Of a DNA stretch of 64,000 nt, positions 28,160 to 37,471 are shown one piece after another. Both the position numbers and the translations under genes were made by a program. Every line of letters begins with the position of its first letter. The stretch's first letter is position 1. This stretch comes from Alphaproteobacteria bacterium (GTDB lineage: Bacteria; Pseudomonadota; Alphaproteobacteria; RF32; CAG-239): positions 60,263-124,262 of the forward strand of contig JAZODJ010000026.1 of NCBI GenBank assembly GCA_045597005.1, in the 5' to 3' direction. The notes below the pieces were generated by a model, which searched no databases, was not told the origin of the DNA, and worked only from the letters and a program-made list of their open reading frames with translations.

Positions 28160-29677
28160 ATGACTATAAAAAAACTTAGAAAAGATAATTACCCTGAGTG
28201 GTATCAATGTGTTGTAGCTGAATCTGATATGGCTGAAAACTCTTCATCTCCCGGCTGTATGGTTATAAAACCTTGGGGATATGGAATTTGGGAGCGTATC
28301 AGAGACGTTTTCGATGAAAAAATTAAATCAGCAGATCATGAAAATTGTTATTTCCCAATGTTTATTCCGCTTTCATTTTTTCAAAAAGAAGCCGATCACG
28401 TTGAAGGATTTGCTAAGGAAATGGCTGTTGTAACTCATTCTCGTTTGGCTTCAGAAAACGGTAAACTAAAACCCTCATCTGAGCTTGACGAACCTCTTAT
28501 TGTTCGTCCGACATCCGAGGCCATTATTGCCGATTCTTTTTCCAAATGGGTAAAATCATATCGTGATTTACCGGTTTTAATCAACCAATGGGCCAATGTT
28601 GTACGTTGGGAAATGCGCCCTCGCCTGTTTTTACGTACTCGTGAATTTTTATGGCAAGAAGGCCATACTGCTCATTCTTCAGCAACCGAAGCAGAAGCAG
28701 AAACAAAATGGGCTTTGGAAGCATATCGTGAACTCAGTGAAGAAACTTTGGCTATGCCGGTATTAGTAGGTCGCAAACCGGAACACGAAAAATTCCCCGG
28801 AGCAATTGACACCTATTGTATTGAAGCAATGATGCAGGACGGCAAAGCTCTGCAAGCCGGAACATCTCACTTTTTGGGACAAAATTTTGCTAAATCGGCC
28901 AACATATCGTTTGTCAACAAAAACAATCAACAAGAATATGCTTATACAACATCTTGGGGGGTATCAACACGCCTTATCGGTGGCGTTATAATGACTCATG
29001 CCGATGACGAAGGAATGGTTACACCACCTAAGATTGCTCCGTACCAAATTGTTATTGTGCCGGTTATCAAAAACGAAGCCGATACCGATGCTGTTATGGC
29101 TTATATCAAAGCATTACAGGCAGATTTGCAAAAACAAACTCCATTTGGTGAAAAAATACGTGTAAAACTGGACAAACGAGATAAGGCATCAGTTGACAAA
29201 TTCTGGGAATGGACACGTAAAGGTACTCCGATTATTTTAGAAATCGGCAAACGCGATGCTGACGGCAATAACCTTATGGTTAAAACACGTATTCATATCA
29301 ATACTCCCGAAGGCAAAAAAATCATCTCTCGTGATGAATTTGTTAATAATGCCGCCAAATATATCGAAGATATCCAAGCAGCAATGTTCGCCAAAGCCAA
29401 AGAACGTATGGATAACAATATTCGCACCGACATCACAACCAAAGAAGCGTTTGCTGAATATTTTGCTAATTCCAACGAATGGATTGAAGACGGCAAACAA
29501 GGCAAAGTTGCTTTTGTTCGCGGTAAATGGTGTGGTGATGATGCAACCGAAGAAATCTTAAAGTCAATGAAGATAACCATTCGTTGCATTCCTTTTGACC
29601 AATCCGGCACAAGCGGGGAATGTTTGCTTACCGGCAAACCGGCAACGATGGACGTTATTTACGCCAGAAGTTATTAA
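28160..29677 (+). CDS. proS: Proline--tRNA ligase of the archaeal/eukaryotic-like type with a C-terminal Zn-binding domain
   Basis: Class II aaRS motifs. There is no INS editing domain. The C-terminal ...ARSY end is typical of the ProRS_C_1 type. The start was moved to MTIKKLRK. Confidence 0.85.
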   Translation: MTIKKLRKDNYPEWYQCVVAESDMAENSSSPGCMVIKPWGYGIWERIRDVFDEKIKSADHENCYFPMFIPLSFFQKEADHVEGFAKEMAVVTHSRLASENGKLKPSSELDEPLIVRPTSEAIIADSFSKWVKSYRDLPVLINQWANVVRWEMRPRLFLRTREFLWQEGHTAHSSATEAEAETKWALEAYRELSEETLAMPVLVGRKPEHEKFPGAIDTYCIEAMMQDGKALQAGTSHFLGQNFAKSANISFVNKNNQQEYAYTTSWGVSTRLIGGVIMTHADDEGMVTPPKIAPYQIVIVPVIKNEADTDAVMAYIKALQADLQKQTPFGEKIRVKLDKRDKASVDKFWEWTRKGTPIILEIGKRDADGNNLMVKTRIHINTPEGKKIISRDEFVNNAAKYIEDIQAAMFAKAKERMDNNIRTDITTKEAFAEYFANSNEWIEDGKQGKVAFVRGKWCGDDATEEILKSMKITIRCIPFDQSGTSGECLLTGKPATMDVIYARSY

Positions 29678-29691
29678 TCAACATCTTAAAC

Positions 29692-29719
29692 AAAAGCCTC
29701 TCTTTTCAGAGAGGCTTTT
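29692..29719. terminator. Rho-independent terminator after proS
   Basis: aagcctctc-ttttca-gagaggctt followed by a T-run. A second hairpin gggcggaaat/atttccgccc with a T-run lies at 29771-29800. Confidence 0.6.
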
Positions 29720-29816
29720 GTTTGATTAATAAAAAAAACTACGGCTAAGTTAGAAAAGAACTAAGACCATGGGCGGAAATGAATTTCCGCCCTTTTCCTT
29801 TTTTTATCATATTATA

Positions 29817-31268
29817 TTATTTCATATCTTTTTGGTTTTGACCTTGTTCTACATAGGTTTCAACCTGACGAGCTGCTTTTTTGGCCAAAGCTATACATCC
29901 CGGACCGGCAATACAACCGCCCTCACAACACATAACTTCAATCATATTATTTTCACACCCTTTTGTAGCATAGCGTTTCAATAATTTGATATTTTCTTTA
30001 CTCAAACCATCGATTCTTTCCGGTCTGAAATCAACCTTTCCTTCAACCAAATTACCAACCGCAGCGGCAACACCGCCGGACAGCGGATATTTACGTGCTT
30101 GTGCTGACGAAACTTTTGCAAATTCTGTCGGTTCACAATCACCGATTTCGATTCCGGCACCGACAAACATTGCTCCGATTTCTTCAAATGTCAAAACATA
30201 ATCAACATTAGGATCATATTCGGCCTCTGTACGTTTTGCCAAACAAGGACCTACAAACACGGAAATACAATCCGGTTGCTCTTTTTTAAGCATCTCAGCC
30301 GTATAATACATCGGCGTTTTCGTATTTGATACATACTCTTTTAATTCCGGAATATGAACTTGTGCCGCTCTGTAATAAGCCGGACAACAAGAAGTTGTCA
30401 TAAATTTAGCACCTTCTTCCATACGCTCAATAAATTCTGCCGATTCATTTGTTGATGTAATATCAGCACCGGCTGCAACCTCAACAACATCAGCAAATCC
30501 GGCTTTTTTCAAAGCTCCGACAACTTGTTTCAATTCAAACGGAAACTGTCCGACAACCGCAGGAGCAAGCATTGCCACGACTTTTTTGTCACTATTGTGT
30601 ATCAAATTTAATACATCAACTAATTGCGAACGTTCTACAATCGCTCCAAAAGGACAAGATTGCAAACATTTACCGCAAGAAATACAAGCTTCTTCATCAA
30701 TATGTTCAACCCCGTTCTCATCTTTTCTGATTGCACCTACAGGACAAGCTTCTTCACAAGGAACCGGCAACTTAACAATTGCATGATACGGACAGACTTC
30801 CATACATTTTCCGCAAGAAACACACATATCAGGATCTATATGAGATTTTCCGTTTACAAACGAAATAGCTTGCTTTGGACAATTCATAACACACGGACGA
30901 GCAAAACACCCTCTGCACGCATCAGTAACCATATATTGCGACTTAACACATGCCGAACATGCAATATCAATTACCGACAAACAACTTTTAGCATGATTTT
31001 GACGTTTTAACGCTTGTTTGCCATACTCACGCAACGTTGTAACCTCGCTAACTTCTTCTTGAGGTGTAATTCCCATAGCAGCCATAAGACGATACTTCAA
31101 AATGGCTCTATCTTTATAAATACAACAACGGCTTGAATCATAGTCCTTAGGACGCATCTCTATAGGAATCTCATCCGCTGTTTCAAAACGATCTTTATAA
31201 AAACTTTCAACAACCTTAACCAGAATTCTTGTGCGCATCTGGTTTGCATAATTCTTAGGTATTAACAA
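29817..31268 (-). CDS. [FeFe]-hydrogenase-like protein (HfsD-like) with N-terminal multi-[4Fe-4S] ferredoxin domains and an atypical H-cluster domain
   Basis: Several CxxCxxCxxxCP clusters. H-domain motifs TTSCCPAY (L1), GPCLAKRTE (L2) and EVMCCEGGCIAGPG (L3). L3 deviates from the canonical MACPGGC. Confidence 0.75.
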   Translation of the reverse strand: MLIPKNYANQMRTRILVKVVESFYKDRFETADEIPIEMRPKDYDSSRCCIYKDRAILKYRLMAAMGITPQEEVSEVTTLREYGKQALKRQNHAKSCLSVIDIACSACVKSQYMVTDACRGCFARPCVMNCPKQAISFVNGKSHIDPDMCVSCGKCMEVCPYHAIVKLPVPCEEACPVGAIRKDENGVEHIDEEACISCGKCLQSCPFGAIVERSQLVDVLNLIHNSDKKVVAMLAPAVVGQFPFELKQVVGALKKAGFADVVEVAAGADITSTNESAEFIERMEEGAKFMTTSCCPAYYRAAQVHIPELKEYVSNTKTPMYYTAEMLKKEQPDCISVFVGPCLAKRTEAEYDPNVDYVLTFEEIGAMFVGAGIEIGDCEPTEFAKVSSAQARKYPLSGGVAAAVGNLVEGKVDFRPERIDGLSKENIKLLKRYATKGCENNMIEVMCCEGGCIAGPGCIALAKKAARQVETYVEQGQNQKDMK

Positions 31269-31534
31269 TTCTCTTCTTCCTCTTTTGCAATTACTTCTCT
31301 GATCTTAGATACAACTTTTTCCAATGTTGCTTCTTCAATTAATTCTCCGTTAACTTCAACAAAAGGTCCTTTGTTATAACCACCTTTATTACAATGATTC
31401 ATACATCTGACCTCTGTAATTTCGATTTTATCAGCCAAATCTTCCGGAGCCGAAAACTCCAAAGCTTGAACTTGCGGCGCACCCATTACAAAACAAGCTG
31501 TTCCCGCACAAATTTTTACTTTTACTTTTTCCAT
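31262..31534 (-). CDS. Thioredoxin-like [2Fe-2S] ferredoxin, NuoE/HoxE-like
   Basis: Cys pattern C-x4-C...C-x3-C (CAGTAC, CMNHC). Overlaps the downstream gene by 7 nt. Confidence 0.65.
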   Translation of the reverse strand: MEKVKVKICAGTACFVMGAPQVQALEFSAPEDLADKIEITEVRCMNHCNKGGYNKGPFVEVNGELIEEATLEKVVSKIREVIAKEEEENC

Positions 31535-31553
31535 CTGCTTTTATCCTTTTTTA

Positions 31554-32732
31554 TTAAACATATTTAACGCTTATCTCTTTTAAGAATTTGCTTTGCAGAA
31601 TTCTAAAAATCTTTTTAACAATATTTCTGCGAATGTCAAGCTCCATCGGCAAATTTGGATCCTGATGAGCTTCATTTATTTTTGTTCCGACAACAAAATC
31701 AATTTTATCTGAATCCAACAACAATCTGGTCAATCTGGTTGCTGCGTTATCTTTGTCTTCGTCAAGACCTTCTTTCAACATCCGATAAACATCCGTCAGA
31801 GTAAGAATTCCTTCTGTTACCAAATCAATTCCTGGCATTATTGATGCCATAGGTATATTAGGATCAAAGGTTGTTTTATCCATTTCACACTTCAGACAAA
31901 GCTCTCTTTCAATAATATTTGCCGTAGTACCGCCGCAAATTGCCGTTTTTCCATCATAATAATCTATCATTTCAGCAATCTCTTTGTCTTTTTCCTCATC
32001 AAACGGCGGACCACTCAACAACAACAATTTTCTGGGCTTTCTAAAATAAACAACCGTACAACTTATATCATCTCCGGCCTTTCCTTCGGGTTCTTTTGAA
32101 AGTGCCTCATGAACTATAGCTTCAGCTAAATCTGTTGCAGAAATATGCGGATGACGTCTTATTTGATTTTCAATAAACTTCCACACACCTTCCCGTTGCC
32201 ACCCTAACGGATATTTAGGATTTCCCAATCCTGCTTGTGTAACTCCGTCAGACATAATTATGATTCTGTCTTCTTCTTGAGCTAAAAATTGGTAAACATT
32301 TATAATTCTATCTTTCCAATTTTCAGCCGTAATTTCATGATGAGCCGGACAATATTGCTGAAAATCTCTGACAATAAAACACCCCGGATTATCCATTTCA
32401 TAAATTCTTGTTTTTCCTTCGAGCATTGCATCAATTATTGAAAAAGTTGCATAGCTTATTTTTCTTACCTGACAAACAGGCAAGGCTTGCATCATCACTT
32501 CGGCCGAACGAACCAAATCCAAATCACTCTCAACAAACTTAATTGCCATTCTTGATGTCATTGAAGACAAAATATTTGCTTTTACTCCGCTTCCCAAACC
32601 ATCAGACAAAACTGTTATTATACGCTGCTCTTCCGGCAATTTTTTCGATGCTACCGAATCACCAAAACAATTCTCACTATATTTATGTTCTTGATGTGAG
32701 CCTATTTCAATATAAAGAGAATCGCTCATCAA
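31554..32732 (-). CDS. SpoIIE/PP2C-family serine phosphatase (HfsC-like) with an additional C-terminal domain
   Basis: PP2C motifs (VLSDGLGSG, MSDGVTQAG, GDDISCTV). Overlaps the hydS stop by 4 nt. Confidence 0.7.
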   Translation of the reverse strand: MMSDSLYIEIGSHQEHKYSENCFGDSVASKKLPEEQRIITVLSDGLGSGVKANILSSMTSRMAIKFVESDLDLVRSAEVMMQALPVCQVRKISYATFSIIDAMLEGKTRIYEMDNPGCFIVRDFQQYCPAHHEITAENWKDRIINVYQFLAQEEDRIIIMSDGVTQAGLGNPKYPLGWQREGVWKFIENQIRRHPHISATDLAEAIVHEALSKEPEGKAGDDISCTVVYFRKPRKLLLLSGPPFDEEKDKEIAEMIDYYDGKTAICGGTTANIIERELCLKCEMDKTTFDPNIPMASIMPGIDLVTEGILTLTDVYRMLKEGLDEDKDNAATRLTRLLLDSDKIDFVVGTKINEAHQDPNLPMELDIRRNIVKKIFRILQSKFLKEISVKYV

Positions 32733-34486
32733 CTATTCCTTCTGTTTCGAATCGTTATATTGGGTCTGTCTGTAACATCTCCGGCATAATCCTTTGCTAT
32801 AGAACGCAACAAAACCTCTGTTTCTGCCATATGTTCACCTAATGTACACGCAATTTGTTGTACCGTTGCCAAATTCTTTTCAATAACTTCTTTAGCCTTT
32901 TCTGCTATTTTTTCACGCTTAATTTCAACATTGGTAACATCTTCGATTACTCCGCCGACAACCTGTTTTTGCTCGATATTAAACACCATAACATCATAAA
33001 CTTTATCATTATGATGAGCATTTTCTCGTTTTACATCTTCACCCAAGTCCAACGAAGCAGAAAATAAATTTGTAAAACTTATAAAATCACGTAAATTAGC
33101 TCCGATTAAATTTCCTCTGTCATATATATCGGCATGTGCCTCATCATTCCAAAAAGCATCTAAAAATTGTTCATTATACTCTATAATTGAAAGCTTTGAA
33201 TTTACAATTACAATAGGAGACGGAATACATTTCAACAATGCATTGGCCTTGCGCTGAGCCTGATGTTTGATATGCGACACACACATATCAATTTCAGCCT
33301 TTCCATCCAAAATAGCCTTTGCAAAATTTCTACAATTATCATATCCGCAAGCATTACAATTTATCTCATCTTCTATTGTATGTTTACCTAAAATTTTCAA
33401 CACTCTTTTTATTTGTTCTTCATCATATATTTTACTTACAACAGGGGCATTCTTATATTCACAAGTTATATCAATTTCATTTTTTCTTTTTCCGGTATTT
33501 TTGGAAATTTTAACATCATTCAACACTCTGGCTCTTTTTTCAAATCCTGATTTATGACCTCTGGTGCAAGGTCCGTTTACACACCCTCCTTCACAAGCCA
33601 AACATTCTATAAACACCGGATTTTTAGGATGCGTCCCTTTAATATCAGATAATTCCCTTTGAATATTATCCAAACCTGTTAACTGCATCATATAAACGTG
33701 ATCGGTCTTTTTATAACGCTTTATTGTTTCAATCATTCCTCCTTCAATAGGATAATAGCGTCCCTCTTCCGCATTTTTATAAATAAAATCAATTCCTTTT
33801 CGAGGTTCAATATTATGATAATTAATACCGGCCTCACGGAACCATCTGCGCAAATCCCTAAAAGAGATACTTAAATTTAACAAATTACCGTTTCTATCTG
33901 CTTCAAACTTCTTTGCAATACAAGGACCTACAAAAACAATCTTTATATTTTTTCCCAGTTTTTCTCTCATTAATTTACAATGAGCCAACAAAGGCGATAC
34001 AACCGGTGTCAAATTTTCAGTCAACTCCGGCATATATTTATTAATATATTCCACAAAAGACGGACATGCCGTTGAAAGATATATGCCATTTGTTTTATCT
34101 GACAAAAAATCAGCCAAATGTGCCGAAACTTCTTCTGCCCCTACAGCTGTTTCACTAACACCTGAAAAACCTAACTTTTCAATTGCCGTAAGCAGTTGTT
34201 CTTTTGTAACATTATCAAATTCTGCTATCCATGAAGGCGCTAATGATACATAAATTTTTTCGCCGGTTGCCAACATATTTTTAGCTCTTGTAACATCATC
34301 TCTATCTTGTTTTGCTCTTACCGGACAAACTTTATAGCACGTACCGCAAGCAACGCATAATTCAGGCACTATTTGTGCCGAATTATCTTCAATTTTTATT
34401 GCTTTTACCGGACATCTTCTTACACACTTATAACAATCCTGACAATTATTTTTAACCGTAAACAACGGATGAATTCTGCTGGACAT
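32729..34486 (-). CDS. hydS: Putative sensory [FeFe]-hydrogenase (HydS/HfsB-like): two N-terminal [4Fe-4S] motifs, an H-cluster domain and a C-terminal PAS domain
   Basis: CxxCxxCxxxCP twice. L1 is STACPSF, with one Cys replaced as in HydS. L2 is GPCIAKKFE and L3 is ECLACEGGCVNGP. The C-terminal roughly 130 aa are PAS-like. Confidence 0.75.
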   Translation of the reverse strand: MSSRIHPLFTVKNNCQDCYKCVRRCPVKAIKIEDNSAQIVPELCVACGTCYKVCPVRAKQDRDDVTRAKNMLATGEKIYVSLAPSWIAEFDNVTKEQLLTAIEKLGFSGVSETAVGAEEVSAHLADFLSDKTNGIYLSTACPSFVEYINKYMPELTENLTPVVSPLLAHCKLMREKLGKNIKIVFVGPCIAKKFEADRNGNLLNLSISFRDLRRWFREAGINYHNIEPRKGIDFIYKNAEEGRYYPIEGGMIETIKRYKKTDHVYMMQLTGLDNIQRELSDIKGTHPKNPVFIECLACEGGCVNGPCTRGHKSGFEKRARVLNDVKISKNTGKRKNEIDITCEYKNAPVVSKIYDEEQIKRVLKILGKHTIEDEINCNACGYDNCRNFAKAILDGKAEIDMCVSHIKHQAQRKANALLKCIPSPIVIVNSKLSIIEYNEQFLDAFWNDEAHADIYDRGNLIGANLRDFISFTNLFSASLDLGEDVKRENAHHNDKVYDVMVFNIEQKQVVGGVIEDVTNVEIKREKIAEKAKEVIEKNLATVQQIACTLGEHMAETEVLLRSIAKDYAGDVTDRPNITIRNRRNS

Positions 34487-34492
34487 TGAAAC

Positions 34493-34735
34493 TTACCCCT
34501 TAAAAACTTTATCAAGAATATCTATAAGTGTTCCTGAATCAACATTATTATATTCAACCCCTTCAATCGTAAGATTAGGTCCCTTAGAACACAAATCACA
34601 ACATCTTAATCCGCTGAGTTCTATTTCTGCCTCTAAGTTATTATCTTTAAGATACTTTGATATAAGTTGTAAATTTTGGTTATTTCCTCTTGCAAAACAA
34701 GAACTCCCCATACAAATTTGTATCTTTTTAGACAT
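34493..34735 (-). CDS. Thioredoxin-like [2Fe-2S] ferredoxin (HfsA-like small subunit)
   Basis: CMGSSC...RCCDLC four-Cys pattern. 80 aa. Confidence 0.6.
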   Translation of the reverse strand: MSKKIQICMGSSCFARGNNQNLQLISKYLKDNNLEAEIELSGLRCCDLCSKGPNLTIEGVEYNNVDSGTLIDILDKVFKG

Positions 34736-34780
34736 TAAACCATCCTCCTCCGATTAAAGGGGTTATTTTACATAGTCATC

Positions 34781-37375
34781 CTATATTTTTCCGTTAAAAG
34801 CATCAAGATAAATTTTTCTTATATCTTCCATTAACGGATAAACAGGATTTGCACCGGTGCATTGATCATCAAAAGCATTCTCAACCAACCAATCCAGTTT
34901 GGCTTCAAAATCTTTTTTACTTATACCCCAGTCTTTAATAGATGCCGGAATATCAACTTCTTTTTTCAAAGCTTCAATAGCTTCAATTAAAGCATCGATT
35001 TTCTCATCTTCCGTTTTACCTTTCAAATTCAAATTATTTGCAATTTGAGCATAACGTCTTTTAGCTTCCGGCATTTTATATTGCGGGAAAATTGCCTGCT
35101 TGCGCGGACAATCGGTAGCATTATACTTAATAACCTGATTAATCAATAATGCATTAGCAATACCATGCGGAATATTAAATGCAGCCCCCAATTTATGTGC
35201 CATTGAATGACACAATCCCAAGAAAGAGTTTGCAAATGCCATACCGGCAATTGTAGCTGCGTGATGCATTTTCTCTCTTGCTTTCGGGTCATTAGCACCT
35301 TCTTTATATGCTCTCGGCAAATATCTGAATACTTGCTTAATGGCTTCTAAAGCTGTCGAATTAGTAAAGTTTGTAGCCATAACCGACACATAAGCTTCAA
35401 TAGCATGAACCAATGCGTCAATTCCACCTGCCGAAGTCAAACCTTTAGGCATATTATCAACAAAATTTGCATCAATAATAGCCATATTCGGTGTCAATGC
35501 ATAATCAGCCAACGCATATTTTACATGTGTTTCGTCATCTGTAATAACAGCAAAAGGTGTAACTTCAGATCCTGTTCCTGACGTCGTTGGAATAGCCACC
35601 ATAGAAGCCTTTTTACCCAATTCACCGATAGTACAAATACGTTTTCTGATGTCCATAAAACGCATTGCCACATCTTCAAATGCGATTTCCGGTTTTTCAT
35701 ATTTAAGCCACATAACCTTAGCAGCATCCATCGGAGAACCGCCACCGAATGAAATAAATACATCCGGCTTAAACACATTAATCATAACAAGAGCTTCTTC
35801 AATAGTAGCTATTGTCGGATCTGGTTTAACATCAAAGAAAATTTGATATTCAATATCCATATCTTCCAGTACATTGGTAATAGCATTAACCATACCGGAA
35901 TCAAATAAATATCTATCCGTAACAATAAAAGCCCTTTTCTTTCCTTCTAATTCTCTCAAAGCAACATCCGTTGCTCCGCGCTTAAAATAAATTTTTGGTG
36001 GAACTCTGAACCACAACATATTTTCTCTCCTCTCGGCAACGGTTTTATAGTTTAACAAATGTTTTACACCAACATTTTCACTCACTGAGTTGCCTCCCCA
36101 TGATCCGCAACCCAATGTTAATGACGGCTCCAATCTAAAGTTAAACAAATCTCCTATACCTCCTTGAGATGAAGGAGAGTTAATTAATAAACGACCTGTA
36201 GGCAATTTTGTCGCAAAATAATCAACTCGATCTTGTTTGCGAGTATCCGTATAAAGCACAGATGTATGCCCCATTCCGCCAAGTTCTACCAAAGCCAAAG
36301 CCTTATCAACAGCTTTTTCAAAATCATCAGCTTTATACAAAGTCAAAATCGGAGACAATTTTTCATGAGCAAACGGATTTGTTACATCAACTGATGTTTG
36401 TTCTGACAACAATACCTTTGAATATTCCGGAACGGAAATCCCTGCCATTTTAGCAATTTTTACTGCAGGTTGACCTACTATTTCCGGATTAACACCTTTC
36501 GGCGTTAATATAATTTTAGCCAACTTATCAGCTTCTTTTGCTGTTAACAAATACGCACCGCGACGCACAAATTCCTGCTTAACTTTTTCATAAACGGATT
36601 TAATGGCTATAACAGATTGTTCCGAAGCGCAAATCATTCCATTGTCAAAAGTCTTAGACATCAATATATACGATACAGCCATTTCCAAATCAGCTGTTTC
36701 ATCAATAACGGCCGGAGTATTTCCCGCACCGACACCTAATGCCGGTTTTCCTGATGAATATGCAGCCTTTACCATACCGGGACCGCCTGTCGCTAAAATT
36801 CCATGAACATCAGGATGTTTCATCAACATGTCTGTAAGCTCCAAAGACGGCTCATCAATCCATCCTATAATATTTTCCGGAGCACCTGCTTTAACAGCTG
36901 CTTCATAAACAACTTTAGCTGCTTCGATTGTTGATTTTTTAGCTCGTGGATGTGGTGAAAAAATAATTGCATTACGTGTCTTCAAACAAATAAGTGATTT
37001 AAATATAGCCGTAGATGTCGGATTTGTTGTCGGTATAACACCGGCAACGATTCCCAAAGGTTCTGCCACAATCTTAATTCCGTTTGTCTTATCAGATTTT
37101 ATAATACCGCATGTTTTTTCATTTTTGTATTTATTGTATATATATTCTGACGCAAAATGGTTTTTAATAATTTTATCTTCAACAACACCCATTCCCGTAT
37201 CACTCGCCGCCATTTTAGCTAAAGGAATACGAGCCTTATCTGCTGCTGTAGCCGCAGCCTTAAAAATACGATTAATTTTATCCTGTTCAAACGTTGCAAA
37301 AACTCTTTGAGCCTCTTTAACTTTTTTTATCAAGGCTTCCAAATCTTTTACTGTTTTAACTTCTTTATTTGCCAT
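34781..37375 (-). CDS. adhE: Bifunctional aldehyde/alcohol dehydrogenase AdhE
   Basis: N-terminal ALDH domain with the catalytic Cys region. C-terminal Fe-ADH domain (GGGSPMDAAK, HxxxH). 864 aa. Confidence 0.92.
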   Translation of the reverse strand: MANKEVKTVKDLEALIKKVKEAQRVFATFEQDKINRIFKAAATAADKARIPLAKMAASDTGMGVVEDKIIKNHFASEYIYNKYKNEKTCGIIKSDKTNGIKIVAEPLGIVAGVIPTTNPTSTAIFKSLICLKTRNAIIFSPHPRAKKSTIEAAKVVYEAAVKAGAPENIIGWIDEPSLELTDMLMKHPDVHGILATGGPGMVKAAYSSGKPALGVGAGNTPAVIDETADLEMAVSYILMSKTFDNGMICASEQSVIAIKSVYEKVKQEFVRRGAYLLTAKEADKLAKIILTPKGVNPEIVGQPAVKIAKMAGISVPEYSKVLLSEQTSVDVTNPFAHEKLSPILTLYKADDFEKAVDKALALVELGGMGHTSVLYTDTRKQDRVDYFATKLPTGRLLINSPSSQGGIGDLFNFRLEPSLTLGCGSWGGNSVSENVGVKHLLNYKTVAERRENMLWFRVPPKIYFKRGATDVALRELEGKKRAFIVTDRYLFDSGMVNAITNVLEDMDIEYQIFFDVKPDPTIATIEEALVMINVFKPDVFISFGGGSPMDAAKVMWLKYEKPEIAFEDVAMRFMDIRKRICTIGELGKKASMVAIPTTSGTGSEVTPFAVITDDETHVKYALADYALTPNMAIIDANFVDNMPKGLTSAGGIDALVHAIEAYVSVMATNFTNSTALEAIKQVFRYLPRAYKEGANDPKAREKMHHAATIAGMAFANSFLGLCHSMAHKLGAAFNIPHGIANALLINQVIKYNATDCPRKQAIFPQYKMPEAKRRYAQIANNLNLKGKTEDEKIDALIEAIEALKKEVDIPASIKDWGISKKDFEAKLDWLVENAFDDQCTGANPVYPLMEDIRKIYLDAFNGKI

Positions 37376-37434
37376 TCTTAGACCTCATATAAAAATTTAC
37401 CACAACATTAAATTATACATTTCAATTATTAAAA

Positions 37435-37465
37435 AAGGTTTACCATACACGGTAAACCTTTTTTA
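37435..37465. terminator. Bidirectional terminator between the ABC exporter gene and the adhE promoter region
   Basis: aggtttacc-atacac-ggtaaacct followed by a T-run. Confidence 0.6.
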
Positions 37466-37471
37466 GATAGA

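Noticed and set aside
29769-29984. 71-aa plus-strand ORF at the end of the hydrogenase locus
   Set aside because: It overlaps the 3' end of the minus-strand hydrogenase-like gene and a terminator hairpin. It is spurious.
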